Positions 36,993 to 51,400 of a stretch of 64,000 nt of DNA are shown here, in pieces. Both the position numbers and the translations under genes were made by a program. The stretch spans positions 33,790,001 to 33,854,000 of the forward strand of contig CM060731.1 of the NCBI GenBank assembly GCA_030704615.1, in the 5' to 3' direction. Position 1 is the first letter of the stretch; every line of letters starts with the position of its first letter. The DNA comes from Takakia lepidozioides. Its lineage: Eukaryota > Plantae > Bryophyta. The notes under the pieces are model-generated. The model did no database searches and was not told the DNA's origin. It saw only the letters and a program-made list of their open reading frames with translations.

Positions 36993-37535
36993 CTATGGTC
37001 CCCTCGCCCAAGAAGAAGGAACTCTAACTGGCCTCTCAAGGACCTCCTGAGTGACCGGGTGCCTATATTTGAACAAAATGTCAGTGGTTTCTGTCGCACG
37101 GTTGAAACTAACGAGGATGTCGTGTTTATCGATAGCGCCCCCTTGGTAGAAGGACATTTTCACAGTGGGCCTTGTGTTCCCCTCCTCCTCATCCTCATAA
37201 CTGAAGAGAATGTCCCCACTTTCCGAGCCAGTCCGTCCACGCGTAAAGTTTTCACCTATGCACTCATCATACGTCCACTCGCAACAATTCCAACGATACA
37301 GCAACGCTGTGCGTGATCTGTTCGGCTCCCACTCATGCGGAAAGTCCAGGTCCATGATGCGTAGGAACCACCTGCTCCCCAGCCGGGGTCCAGGAGAATC
37401 GTGCAATCCTGGAAGAAACTCCATTGCTCTCAGCTGGACAAGTCGAGGATCGTCCCTGTAAACATCCAGGAAAACAATGATGTCGTGTGCTTTCGGGAAA
37501 ATGACTCCCGTCTGGTGTCGATAGATGTGAGGCAC
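36993..37535 (-). CDS. Hypothetical protein inside MULE-1 (180 aa)
   Basis: Protein-like ORF downstream of a motif cluster; no recognised domain. Confidence 0.35.
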   Translation of the reverse strand: MPHIYRHQTGVIFPKAHDIIVFLDVYRDDPRLVQLRAMEFLPGLHDSPGPRLGSRWFLRIMDLDFPHEWEPNRSRTALLYRWNCCEWTYDECIGENFTRGRTGSESGDILFSYEDEEEGNTRPTVKMSFYQGGAIDKHDILVSFNRATETTDILFKYRHPVTQEVLERPVRVPSSWARGP

Positions 37536-38353
37536 GACATGGCCTCATGACATAGCACAAACTCAAAGCAGGGAGGAGATGGGCACAACAGAGAAGAGTG
37601 AAGAGCAAAATGAGAGCAAGGCCTCCCTTACCGTAAGGCGGGTATTTGCTCTCCGGAGCCCAATTTTGGCGCCGTTATTGGATGGAGTGCGGAAGCTTCA
37701 GCCGAGAATTTTGTTTCCGCAGGTCAATTTCGGCGCCGTTATTGGTTGCAATCCCTAGCCTTCAGCCGGGTATTTGGTTTCTGGACCCAATTTCGGCGTC
37801 GTTATCGGCTGCACTCCGGTGGCTTCAACCGAGTATTTGGTTTTCGGGGCCCATTTCGGCGCCGTTATCGCCTGCACTCTGGGTATTTGGTTGGTGGAGC
37901 CCAATTACTTTCACCGTTGTTGGCTTCACTCCCGAGCCTTCAGCCGGCTATTTCTTTTCCTGTGCCCAATTACGGCGCCGTTATACCCAACCATCATGCA
38001 CTTCTGCAACAGTACTATCCACGGTTATAGGTCGCCATTGCGTTTTCGGAGTCTGCAAACCCGGATCCTAATTCCGCTTGCGTCTCTGCCTCTGGGATAA
38101 TTTCGGTGCCGTTATTGCCCAGAATTCAGTTTTTCTATGACCTGGCCTAGCGGTCCATGAGCCTGGGCTCCAAGTCATGAGCGTACACTGGTACTCATGA
38201 GCGGAGTGCTTCCAGCATGAGCGCGGAAATCTTCGATTTTTGATTATTTTATAGTTTTGGGCCCGAAAAAAATCTGCCGAAATTCGAAGTGTGTTACTTT
38301 GCGGCTCATGGGTGAGCCATGCCCGCTCATGAGCTCATGGAATAGCAACCCCC

Positions 38354-41300
38354 GACCCTTGAGCCTCGACTTGTTTTTCCATTGCATCCACATTTCCAAC
38401 TATGGCATAATACGCTACACTCGCTTCCTGCCATATAGACAGAAATGCATAAGACAACATGTTCCAACCAGGTTTTTTCCACCTACCAATATTTGAGCAC
38501 AACATCAAGCACCTTACCTATCAATCCATATTGGGTGATCATGCACCAACCAGACACATATCATCAAACGCTGGCAACCATGAGTACAACATGTTCACAT
38601 GTACAAAAATACTGGTCCCACTTTTGTTCTAGCAAAGCAGTAAATTCAAGCACATGTCCTTCTACCACACATGCAGTCCGCAGCATACAATGATCACACC
38701 CAGCAACTTCTGAAGTAAAATGTGTTAACCCTCTACTAAACCCTTTGATGGACTTAGACCTAGCCAGACACGGCCGTCCTAGGGATACAATGTTGGCTTA
38801 TAGTGAAAATCAACAAACCCAAACCCAACAGATCTCAGTCCAAACCAGGAAGTGGTTAGAGGTACCAAACTCAGTTTTGTCAATCAACACACTGGCACTC
38901 TTATGAGTACATTCTTTCAACACTTAGATCATTCACTGAGAACTTGAGCACAATGACGTGCTATAATACACAGGGCACACATGTACTGAAAGCACATGGT
39001 TGTTGAGTCTCACTTACCCGCCTATCGCTCCCAGCTGACATCCTTGAGACAGAGTATTCTTGTATATCAGCCAACGTAGGGGGGCACCCGGTTTCTCTTT
39101 CCTACATATGAACCCAACATAACAAACAATCTGAAGCCAATGTGCAATTTGTACTCAATGGCTCAACCATACAAAACCATAACAAAACCACTGAAGATAA
39201 TGCAACGTCAAGATTGAACAATCATGTCAGCACATAAATAATTTTATACTAACGCTCAGCTCCAAAATTGCTTGAAATACTAAACCATAAGTCAACCAGC
39301 ATTAAAGATTGGCATTCATAGAATGTATTGAGAGGAGTACAGTGAGAAAGCTTATGAGGGTTCTTACTAAGCGTGCCTCCATGCTGTCCTTCCCTCCCCG
39401 GCCCGTTTTGGTGTGATTTTGAATGCAGGCATTTGCTGTCTTCAAGTGGGTCTACACTTTGGAGTACTGTTCTGTACTCCAGTAGGAGGTGAGGCTCTTC
39501 CAATGCTCATCAGACACGTCCATGGGTTCCCCCCCACCTTTCTGCCATTCCTTGTGCAAGTCATGCCGTCAGGTCTTCATAATTGTGCCTATTGTGTTTT
39601 GCAACGCAATATCATCCAAGTCACGTGGGACATATTCAAGTAGCTTGGCCAGGATTTCCTTGAGCTCTTCAATGATCTCATTAGGCTGATTGTTGATGGC
39701 TACAGAAGGATCACAAATACGATGAATGTGACCTTTGAGGGCCGCATGCCAAACATTCCTCCTTTGACCAACTGGTTTTCCTGCCTTGTTCACAACAACT
39801 ACTGTTGCAGGAAGACCTTCTGCCTCTCTTTCTTCCTTCACTTTATATGCCGCAGCCTTCACAACATAATTTGCTCGTCTCAAGGCATTGGTTCTGTCAC
39901 ACTTTGATTGAACCACATCCCCTGCAGGTTGAACCGCTGGCATCTGTGCGGGAACGTTGAAGGGTTGATTCGGCCAACTACCCATCGGTGGCCATGGTGG
40001 TTGGGAACCACTCGGGGATCCATAGTGGTCATATGGGACCTGTACATACGGCGGAGGATATTCAGGTGGCCTGCCACCTCCATAAGGAGGAGGAGGTGGG
40101 CGATGTGGAGGAGGAGCATAAGGGCCATAATGGCCAGCTGCATAACTGTGTTGGGGGGCCGTTGCGTACTGACCCTCCACATTGCCAGTGGGTGGATGCT
40201 GGTTGGGAACTGGGTACTGAGGCATGGAGCGATATTGAGAGCCTAGTACTGGTGGCTGAGTATGGAAAACCTGGGGGGACTGAGGGCCGACTCCTGTGGC
40301 ATTTTTCTGCTTCTGTTTTTGCTTGCCCTGGGTTTCCATACATGAAACACAATGCCAAGTAAATCCAACTACAAGGACCACACCATATCATGACATAAAG
40401 GTGTCATAAAGTATAAACAGTACGCATGATTTCTACAGGTCTGATTACCCAAAAATCAGACAGATCTTGGCTAGAAAATCGGCCAAATTGGATTGACTTC
40501 AATGATGTGCGCCCAAGACTTTTCCGACCCCTTTTATGTATGGGTTTTGCCTGAAATCCATACCAAACATGCAGTAGGGAGGGGCATACCTAAAAGTTGT
40601 GAGAAAAGATGGAATGTGCTCAACATACGAAACCTACTGCTTACAAAGTTGTAAATAGTGCTATGGAATATGGGGGCCACATGCACATGGGCAATGGTGC
40701 AGCTCCTCCACGCAGAAAATGGACAGACAGAATTCCTAGTGCTGAATCTAGACAGAGAATGTGCTTATGACAGCACACCCCCTTCGAAACCAAACATGCA
40801 AATGAGGGACAAACCTACAAAGCACGGAAGAGACAGAACAGAAAGAAGAAGAATATTGACACGCAATTAAATCTGCCAAGTATTTAGACAATCCCTCCCC
40901 GGATCATGGCCCCTAATGAAGTCCGCATGATACTATTCGGCACTCATGAGGTTGTGCTCACCTTTGGAATAAGTGGTGAGAGACTATAAATATGCCCATA
41001 AAATGCACTCACAGATGGAGACGGTGTGCCTCTACCACGTTTTTTCCCTGCGTGCGCCACTGTGCCTGCATCTGCGTCCTCCAAATGGAGTCGGCTGAAT
41101 CCCCAGACCCTTCCTGTACTGCTCCCTTTTATGGTGGGAGGTAAAGATCGTCGTCGTCTATGTCAAAAATTACTTTGGGCTTGGCAGTTGTTCGAGTCAT
41201 GGTGACGAGTCGGGCACTTCGTCTTGCCGGATCTTTGATAGGAGCTCCACGAGACCGTGCCTTTCGACGCGGTTTCACACCCGTAATCCTGCAAAAATAC

Positions 41301-41780
41301 TTCCATTGTGGCCCACAGGTTACTTGACTATCTCCCCTCTTAAACGACTAACACAAGACAAATGCAGCTCATACCCTAATGTTCATAAAAGAGCTGGAAA
41401 ACGATGAAGTGCCTTGCCGCTGTCCCAATGGCTGCCCGTCAAATGCGGTTCACTCCCGCCTACTGCTATGAATGCACTCCTATACCCCTTATACTACACT
41501 CAACTTGCACCTGTCAAGCATTTTCTATATTCACACCAACGGCGCCCCCTCTCGATCGACCTCATCATGTACCGTGCAAAAGGGAAGAGATCACATTGTT
41601 AGCCATGCATGCATTGTCAAAGGATTGGGTCACTGAACTATTCGATCTTTACCTTTCAAAGTCCTGCTTCAACTTTGCCGTGGCATCCTTCACGATGGCA
41701 ATGTTAGCCTCATGTAGCTTCTCGTACTCAGTGAGAGGCGCAATGACAACTTTGGACTTCACCATGAATGATCATGCAGC
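38354..41780 (-). CDS. 5' exons of the CACTA TnpA-like accessory gene (approximate)
   Basis: Pro-rich exon 39569-40340 ending NKAGKPVGQRRNVWHAALKGHIHRICDP; continues across the MULE-1 TSD into 18938; divergent from the transposase. Confidence 0.5.
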
Positions 41781-41876
41781 TCACTAGCACACACCGCAAG
41801 AGGTAGATATATTGTAGAGAGAGCACTGAGGACACAAAGTTGCAGAGGCTCTACAGGGCATTGCATACTACGAGCT

Positions 41877-44340
41877 ATGAACGTTCAACGTCTGTTTGGC
41901 CGTCATGGTGCATATGAGCCACGCATGCGATTACGAGATGACAGACTATGGCGACTCAAGGAGGCGTACGCCATATCAAATGGGAACAAGAAAATGCTTT
42001 GCAATTGCGCCGAATGTCATGGATCCAAATGGCAGTTGTTGGAGACAGTGAAGAAGCACTACCTCAAACATAAGAGGGATCCAACTTTGCGCAGCGTACT
42101 ATTCCGGTACATCCACAGGAAGTACACTGTTCTTCAGGACTTAGCAATCTCCAAGTTTGAATTTTGGAACCATTTTGGTGTGGTAGTAGTAGCCATGAAT
42201 TCACCACTCCACATGTCGAAAGTTGATTGGCGAGTTGTAGTCATGTAGTTATGTCTATGACTGCCCTTTATACACATGTCGATATGTCGTTGGCTAGTTG
42301 TAGTCGTGTAGTCATAAACACATATAGGAACATGACTACATCACTAGAACTATTTGTCATGTGTCACAATGTCGTGGCTCAAATCGAAGTGATGTAGTGA
42401 TAGCCGTGCCTACATTTGTCCACATGTCATAATCTACATATACTGTGAATGAATCGTGGGAAACACGGGATGCAGGGACATGCTGATTCTGATGACGAGG
42501 AGGATCGGGTTGAGTTTGGGCAGGGGCCTAATGAAAGGGAGAACAATACAGATCATGAAGGTGGTGTGGAGGCAGAAATTCAACGAGCATTGCAGGAAGC
42601 TTTTGAGTTTGCAAATGCAAACAGGGAGGATCCGATTAATGGTGGAACTCGGCCGAAGATAGCCCCAACGAGGAAGAATCCATGGACAATGCAGAGAATG
42701 CAGAGAATGGCCCAAACCTGAGTCACGGAGTTGACCCCAACTACGATACGCTATTTTGACAATCTCAGTATAAACTCTACGAAGGGAGATCGATCAGCCG
42801 ATTTGAAGCTACTTTGCACTTGCTCAACTTGTGTACCACCCACAAGTGCACCAATGGCTTTGTGGATGAGCTTCTTGGATTGTTGCGCAAAAGTTTTTTG
42901 CCGAAACAGAATTCTCTGCCAAAAACTAATTATGAAGCTAGAACTATGATTACGAAGATGGGATTGCAGTACACCCAGATCCATGTCTGCAAGAAATGTT
43001 GTGTACTCTTCCGTAGGGAGAATGAAAAGAAGAATTTTGCCTGGAGTGCAAGACGTCGCGTTACATTCCTGGTCGTGGGACTGTACCCAGAAAAATACTA
43101 CAACATTTCCCTGTCATCCCAAGGTTGAAACGCATGTATCAATGCAAATCAATCACGCACCTTATGACATGGCACTTCAGACATAAGAGTCAGGATGGAT
43201 TGGTTCGACATCCAGCTGATAGCAAAGCCTGGGCCCATGTTGACTCCATATTTGCGGATTTTGCTTCAGAACCACGAAATGTACGATTTGGATTAGCCTT
43301 AGATGGAGTAAATCCATACAGTGCTCAATCCACGAGTTGGAGCACATGGCCCATCCTGTTGGTCAACTATAATTTGCCTCCATGGTTGATGACAAAAAAG
43401 TTTTTCGTCATGTTAGCACTCATTATCCCTGGAAAGGAGTCTGTTACATCTGCAAACATTGATGTGTATTTGATGCCCCTAGTAGAGGAGCTAAGGGAAT
43501 TGTGGAGAGGCATCATAGCTTACGATGTTTCCCAAACTCTCCAACAACGCCAATTCTTGCTACGGGCATTGCTGCTATGGTCAATCCATGATTACCCTGC
43601 ATATGGCTTGCTCGCGGGTCAGGTTACTAAAGGTTATGCTGGTTGTCCAGCTTGTGGACCCGAGGTGGATTCACAGCATTTACCAGCACGTTCGAAGACT
43701 GTGTTCCTGGGCCATCGGAGATTTCTTGCCCACAACCATCTATATAGAAGATCAAGATTGTTCAATGGTGTTGTTGAGCATAAAATGGCTCCACAAACGC
43801 AGACGGGAACACAAATAAAGAAACGTGCAATTCACCTGATTGCATGGATAGAAGCAGGGGGGAAACCAGATACGCCATCAGACCCTTCCAAATCTCACGG
43901 AGTGAAACGATTATCAATCTTATATGCCTTGCCTTACTGGGAGGGCCTCCTCATACGGCATACGTTTGATGCTATGCATTGCGAGAAGAACTTTGCAGAG
44001 AATATCATTAAGAGTATTTTTGGAGAGAAAGATACATTGAAGGTTCGGCGTGATCTTGAATTACTTGGGCTGCGTCCATCATTGTGGTTGCAACGACATC
44101 CAAACAGGGCAGATACGTTAATCATGCCTCCTGCTCCTTATGTTCTGACTGAAGCTGAGTTGAAAGTTTTCTTGGACACTGTGCGAAACCTTAAAGTACC
44201 CACAGGATACGCCTCCGCTTTCAAAAAACACGTGGTAAAGAAAAAACTATCTGGCATGAAATCACATGATTACCATGTGTTCATGCACCAAATTTTACCG
44301 CTGGCTATTCGTGGGCTCATGGCAACAGGTGTTAGGTCTG
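41877..44340 (+). pseudogene. CACTA/EnSpm TnpD-like transposase, frameshifted and 3'-truncated
   Basis: N-terminal MLCNCAECH...KKHY (transposase-associated domain); IHVCKKCCVLF; RHPADSKAWAHVD...RNVRFGLALDGVNPY...STWPILLVNYNLPPW; IHDYPAYG; DAMHCEKN; GMKSHDYHVFM. Confidence 0.9.
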
Positions 44341-46227
44341 TCAGCATGTCTGAAGACAGACACCTCCACCGACGTTGAGGCTATGGTTAGTGATGATGAC
44401 ACAGATACCTCCATATTCATAGACACGGATTCAGTCGGTGGCAATTAGATATGCTACCCTTGTGCATGTATTACCTGCCATTCCAAATAAATGTACTCTT
44501 CTGTCCCCATGTAGTCACATTTTTTTGGGTACCAACTGTCAATGAACATTGATATTCAAATATGCTCACAATTCCTCCATGCTATAAGCTGTTGTGATCA
44601 AGCACTAGTGGATTGGCCACTAGTAGGGCCATTTACTCAAATCCAGATTGTAAAACATTGGCTGCCAGAAGTTGGGAAGTGACCCAGTCTGGCACTTCAC
44701 CATTCTACACTTCTAATATTTTCCAGTGTGCAACTATTAGCACTGATTTCATCGCTGGCAACCTGCAGTAATATCCCAGCCTCCAAAAAATCCCATACCC
44801 ACATCCTTGTCCTTTGTCTAGCTTCAACTACAACAACATATTGCCACATTTGACATACATGTACGCCAGGGCAAGATCCAGACTGATATTGGTACAAATC
44901 AGGCTTTGATCCTGTCAATTCTTTGCCCCTTTGTAGAGTTGTAGACGGAGTGGCATGCATAGCAATATCCTGCAAACCTGGCCCTGTGCATCTTCACCCC
45001 TTCTACCACTCTGAATCGCTCGCATCTGCTGTCGCCATTGAGTGGTCAGATTGTTGAGAGACCTGTAAGACCATCCCAGTGGAACATCAGTTGGCTTGCT
45101 CCCCACCCCCTCTTTAGCTTGCGTTTGAATCATCCACAAATCTAGTTTTTTTCTCTCATCTCCAGGAAACTGACCCGCTATCACATTGTTGTACTGCAAT
45201 TCTGCCAAAATCTTACAATGTCAGGCTATGGCTATCATCATAGCCTCCACACCAATGTATGGATGTGTCCTTCATGAGCAACACTACCCCAAGTCTGCCT
45301 TCACCCTGCCCTAACCACAAAACGAAATTAAAGAATTCCAGTCAACTGTGACGAACATGGGAGGTTTTTGGTGGTTCAAAGCTATTTCACGAGTAAAATA
45401 CTTACAACACTTGGTTGTGGTGGAAGACCTGCAATTATACCATATCGTACACATCGCTTACTTGTGGTGGCAATCTTGCAATCCAATATCCACAAGCAGG
45501 CAGATTTATTTCGTCTTGACCAAGCTGTCATGGCAAGCCTATGGCATATAAGAAAAAGCAAAGCATTAAAGAGGTGAGTTCAAACAGTCGTGCAATCAGT
45601 TTTCAGCCCACTGAGCTGGTAAGGAAGTGCCCAGTATATGACTTGTGTCACACATTAGTGGAAAAATAAACCAACACCAACTTTCACATCCCTCATCCCA
45701 TTAGAGCTTTGCCAACTTCATTGCCTCCATGGAATCCCCCCCCTCGTGAAAAAGGAGGTTTACTATTTCATGAGCAGAAACCATGAGCCATGAGCCATGA
45801 GCCGCATGAGCCGCATGAGCGGTGAGCCGAAGTCTAAGACACGCGGATTTCATGAGCGGACTCCAAATTTGGAAATGCGGCAGATTAAACAAGTATTAAA
45901 ATAATAGTTTTATATTTGACCTTGCCGTTTTTGGAAGTTACAGATCCTGTAATGCGGCGAAGATATGTCGTCAGTAACAACTCCGCTCATGGTTTTTTAG
46001 ATCCGCTCATGGAAATGAGTGACCGTGCAACGAGAAATCCAGTATACCACGGCGAAAGGACGTCGCATACTGGCCTGTATAGAGTATTCCGCGGTTTTAC
46101 ATGCCTTAACATTGGAATGAAGCTGACCCTTTTGCCGCGACTGAACCAATAGAGTCTGCACAATTCTGTCATCTTCTAGTATTCGGCGGGAAAGTTTTGC
46201 AAATCAACTAGGAAATGCGGTGCCGCA

Positions 46228-49200
46228 TTACGGTTCGTACGTGCGAAATTTCTGGGCAATTTGGTGTTGGTGAATGCCGCATCTACCAGTACCCATTGTT
46301 CTTGCTCTCATAGGGGTCGGTGGTGGAGGCTGTGGAAGCAGAAATGGTTGTCTGGGGACGTCAGTGCGCTGCACCATCCGAAATCCTGCGGGGGTAAGGA
46401 CGTCGGCCTCAACCTGACTCAGATCGCAGCCTGGTTCCACCTGCCACACCGGGGGAGCCTCTGGCATTGTTTGTATGCCGTACTTGGGCTTTCCATACAC
46501 GCAAGTCATAATGTCGTGCCTGTAGAACCAGAACTGGGTGGTTGTCGCCTCCGCAAACTTTGCATGGACAAATCTTCCTGTAAAAGTAGGAGCAGGGACA
46601 GCACCATCTGGATTCCTCCTTATCATCTCTAAACAACGTTGCCGTGTATCCACTCGAATTGCGGAACACCTGCCTCGAAACGACGGCTTTGTGCGAGCAA
46701 TTCTCCACTGTGACGCAGACACAGTCGTCTCCACAATGGCTTGGCCATATTGCATAACAGGGGGCGGAATCTGGGGCAAGCGAGCGGTGGGAATTTCTCG
46801 CACAGCATCCCCGCTTGAAGGCGATGGCGATCTGGAATTTCTTGGGCTTCCACTGCTGGAAGACACATTGTGCGGCAACATGACGGGCCCTCGAGGTGCT
46901 GTCCGATGTTCGTGTCGGATCTCCAGGAATCCTCTTCGCACCCGGGTTCCTCTTCAATCCTCCGCCTCACAGGGTGAGTACGGACGTCCCCCTCTAGGTG
47001 CTCACCTCTGCGGTGCAGAGGCGTCCCTTTGATCTTCTCTTGCAATGTTGTCGCCCATTTCAGTGGATTCTTCGACCTCGAAGCTGTTCGTACCAACAGT
47101 TCCTCCCTGTCTGGCCCAAAGACGTGGCTTGCTGCATGATTGCTCTGTCGATGTCCTCCGTTGTGGCCGTCACTACGTCCACCAGATGTGCGGCAGAAGA
47201 CGCTCGCCAGGAGGAGTGCACTGATTCTGCCATATTTGTGTTCGGCATGTCCGTGTCGGAAACCAAGCACCGCTCCTACAAGGACACAGACAATGGTGAG
47301 GAACCAATGGAAAGGTCCGTAATAGAAAGACAATTGCACGAAAATGATAGCATCATACCTCCCGCATGTACTGTCCAAACTGTCGATACCGGAAATGCCA
47401 CCACCCCAACCAGCTGTGCAAGGCTCCCAGATTGGTTGTCTCCACTGCACCTGACGTGTTCCACCAAGCCTCGATGCTTGCAAACTTAACCTCCGCGTCA
47501 TCAAATGTGGGTGCATCCTTCCACGCCGTACAAAGGACACGGTGTTCAGCCTGGAATGAGCTAGCAACAAATTTGGTAGTGTAGTGGGATAGACTCTGCA
47601 TCCAATGGAATCCACAGGATCTCTCTTTCCCCTCCATTGGAACATTGGGGTCCTCACCGTACACACGCCGCACCGCTGCCCAGTTGGCCTGAGCGTTGTC
47701 TGCCATGAATCCCCTGAAATTGGGCTCTGGCAATCCCGCCCTTGCCATCTGCTCGTTTATGCCCTCCCGCAGATGCATCTCCGACTGTGTGTCCTCCCCT
47801 TTCATCTCGCAGATTGCAATCGTCATGAGCCTCTTGGAGTGATAGTCATAAACATGCGCACCCATAGTCACCCACTGATGGTTTGTAATTCGCTTGATGT
47901 GATCAAACATCACCCAAGCATTCGACAAGTTTCCAGTTGTCATGCGAGTGACCAAGTCGACTCCACTCCCAGGCCCACACGTCGACATTTTAAAAATGTA
48001 ACAACGATCAGATTCGCTGCCTTGCCCTGGAAACCTGCTACCTTGGATGTAGTCATATCCAGTCATTTGTTTCACCTCCAGGATTGAGTGCATGTCCGAC
48101 CCCCGGCCGAACTCCTGCTTGCAAGATACGATGTGATTCCGCACATTCGGACTACAAACGTGCGAGACGGACTCCAACAGGTCAAGCATCTCCTCTTCGT
48201 TCAAGGGCACTCGGTCTGAACCATCTTCAGACATGATTTTGCCAAGAGCAATCTTGTGGGCTGCCTTCAGCTGAATCTGCTTTGGTCTGGCTCCGGGGCT
48301 CAATTTCACCTCCTCTTTTATGATGTCGTGTGCTTCCTGCACAGCCTCACGCATGTTGCCTCTTGCCAAGGGGTGGCAGTGGACCCCAACGTGTATTCAA
48401 GCTCTAGTCAAGTCCGGGAGCAAATGGATAACGTAATATTGCTTGGCTCGGCACATGGACATGCATGTCGGTGGTTCTTTGCAATGTGCGCACTTGAAAG
48501 TACCCGCAGGAGCTTGGCTGGAGACAATGAATGGATGATGCGTTGTGCCAGTCCAATCCGTCTCGTTTCTCCGCCCTCGTTTGGAAAGAAAGTGGAAGCA
48601 TGCGGGATTGAGGCACCTCAGCTTCCCCGCACAGAGGACGTATCACACACGAACACCATCAGCAATTTTCGTGCTACTGGTCTTCGTCACACACCAGGGG
48701 TGTCTGTCATGCTTTCGATCCATGTCTGTTAACATCCCTGAGGCTTTGTTTGAGGAAGTAACAGGTGGAAACTCAAAGATGACATTGCCATCGACTTCGG
48801 GAGGCAGATACGTTACCTTCCTGACCGGAATTTGGCAAAGTCGAGAGCAGCCAGCTCGGAGCGAGAACCATCGAGGTGATGTTGCTGTAGGAGCTGCACA
48901 ATGGACCGGGTTGGAGTTATGCTCGAGGGTACATGCGTAGCACCTGCAGAGACGTCCATCTCGGATTTGAACGACCGTGTGGAGGACATGGGGACCTCAA
49001 TGCACTCATCTTCATCGTCGGAAATGTCGAATACGTCCACACGAGAAGCTATGGAGGGTCTTGACGGTCCAGGTCGGGAATGATTATCGTTGCATACCTC
49101 TCTGTTGGCAGTGGCCGCCTGTCGGTTTCCGGACTCCTTTGTGGATGGTGTGGGCAGCGACTGATTCGGAAAGGGAATGGGCATTCCCACATCTCGGTAC

Positions 49201-49262
49201 AGGATGGTGTCTGATGGGGGTACGTGCCATTCGATTCCGCAACCTCCGTCGTTACCTAGCAC
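46228..49262 (-). pseudogene. MULE/Mutator DDE transposase, fragmented
   Basis: 47353-48369: VMFDHIKR...VTMGAHVYD...FRGFMADNAQANWAAVRRVY...ERSCGFHWMQS (D, D and CxxH), then TNMAESVHSSW (E) after an intron. Flanking pieces lie in other frames. Confidence 0.8.
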
Positions 49263-49829
49263 GACAATGGTCTCGTCAACCTATCCAGGAACATCCTTCC
49301 TTTCTTCTTCCAAATAAATTGTGCCCGGTTTGAGCTTGAGTTTGGAACAAAGGTAAGTTTCAGTCACTCTGCAAAGTCCTCCCTCGTTTGGGATCCAGGC
49401 TCTCCAAGTTGCGGAGGACAACAAACTATAGCGTAGGAATTTGGAGCCATCGAACACCGCACGAAGTTGGCAAGTGCGAGGTTCAGTATAGCGAAAAACC
49501 AAGACTCACAGGCATCATGCGGAGTCCATCGACGATTGGAAGTTGCACATTGAAGTGGAAAGTATTGTTTCAAGCTACATGCATGAAGGTGGGAGGTGTG
49601 ATTCCATAGCCAGTAAGCTAAACAATGATGGCCGATTCGGCGACGAAATAACATCTCTTGACAGTTTCTCCTGAGGGTGGATCCAGCAGTATTCCCGGTG
49701 CAGACAGGAACGTTCGCACTGACAAGTGCCGGTACTGTTAGTTTAAACGGTCAGACAACCAAGTTGTGCTCATCAAGACTGGCCGCAATTGTGTTGTTTC
49801 GGAACAATGCAACCCATTCAGGTTCAGCA

Positions 49830-51400
49830 TGCGGAAATGAGGTTCCAGATTTCCGTCCGGAGTGATTCTTTCGATTGCTGCTCGACGGAAATACGGCGCC
49901 GCATTTCCGTTCTGCATCTTGGTCATGCACCAGAGCGACGGAAATGCGGCACCGAGTTTCCGTCCGGGGGAAACCTTTATACTCTCCAGAACGGAAATGC
50001 GGTAACGCATTTCCATCCAGCAAGCACGGTATGTGAAGGTGGAACGGAAATGCGGTACCGCATTTCCGTTCTGATTGAGAATTATGAACAACGGGAACAA
50101 AAATGCAGCACCGCATTTCCGTCGATGTCGCACCTTGCGACATACCAGAACAGAAATAGGGCGCCGCATTTCCGTTTTATATCTGACGCATGGAGCTGAG
50201 GGATAGAAATGCTGCACCGCATTTCCGTCCTCACAAGACCTTCATACTCTCCAGAACGGAAATGCGGTAACGCATTTCCATCCAGCAAGCACGGTATGTG
50301 AAGATGGAACGAAAATGCGGTACCGCATTTCCGTTTTGATTGAGAATTATGAACAACGGGAACAGAAATGCGGCACCGCATTTCCGTCCGAGTCGCACTT
50401 TCCGACATTCCAGAACGGAAAAGCGGCACCGCATTTCCGTTTTATATCTGATGTCACCTCCCCACATTCCAGAACGAAAATGCGGCACCGCATTTCCGCC
50501 CGGGTGAGACCTTCATACTCTCCAGAACGGAAATGTGGCACCGCATTTCCGTTCTGATGAAAAATCGTGAAACATCGGAACTGAAATGCGATACCGCATT
50601 TCCGTCGGAGTCGCACCTTCCGACATTCCAAAACGGAAATGCGGCGCCGCATTTCCGTTTTGTATGTGAGGCATGGAGCTGTGGAACGAAAATGCGGCAC
50701 CGCATTTCCGCCAGGGTCAGACCTTAATACTCTATAGAACGGAAATGCGGTACCTGACTGAAAATCGTGAACAACGGGAACAAAAATGCGGCACCGCATT
50801 TCCGTCCGAGTCGCACCTTCCGACATTCTAGAACGAAAATGCGGCGCCGCATTTCCGTTTTGTATATGAGGCCTGGAGCTGTGGGACGGAAATGTGGTGC
50901 CGCATTTCCATCCATGTGAGACCTTCAAACTTTCCGAACCGGAAATGCGGCACCGCATTTCCGTTCAGGTGAGACGTTTATACTTTCCCGAACGGAAATG
51001 TGGCACGGCATTTCCGTTCATCAACTAAGGTACGTGAAGGGGGACCGGAAATGCGGTACCGCATTTCCGTTCAGATTGAAAATCATGAACCACGGGAACT
51101 GAAATGTTGTTCCGCATTTCCGTCCGAATCGCACCTTTCGACATTCCAAAACGGAAATGCGGCGCCACATTTCCATTTTGTATCTCATACATGGAGCTGT
51201 GGGACGGAAATGCGGCGCTGCAATTCCATTTTGTATCTCATACATGGAGTTGTGGGACGGAAATGCGGCACCGTATTTCCGTTCAACAACTAAGGTATGT
51301 GAAGGTGGAACGGAAATGCGGTGCCGCATTTTCTTCCAACAAGTACGGATGTGTAGCTTCGTGATGGTACTTAAGGGAAATGCGGCGCCGCATTCGCATT
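49830..51400. repeat. Array of the palindrome GGAAATGCGG(C/T)(A/G)CCGCATTTCC (about 30 copies, ~52-bp period)
   Basis: Visible directly, with higher-order repetition of the spacers. Confidence 0.92.

Larger units (their letters stand above)
18939..38353. mobile_element. Mutator-like element MULE-1 (no intact transposase seen), carrying a nested gypsy insertion
   Basis: Imperfect TIRs GGAGGTTTACTATTTCATGAGC / GCTCATGGAATAGCAACCCCC with CATGAGC subterminal repeats. 9-bp TSD GACCCTTGA at 18930-18938 and 38354-38362. Removing the element restores the interrupted ORF. Confidence 0.9.

Noticed and set aside
44340-45750. Coding-like minus-strand fragments after the truncated transposase
   Set aside because: Short, interrupted, and no family identifiable by eye
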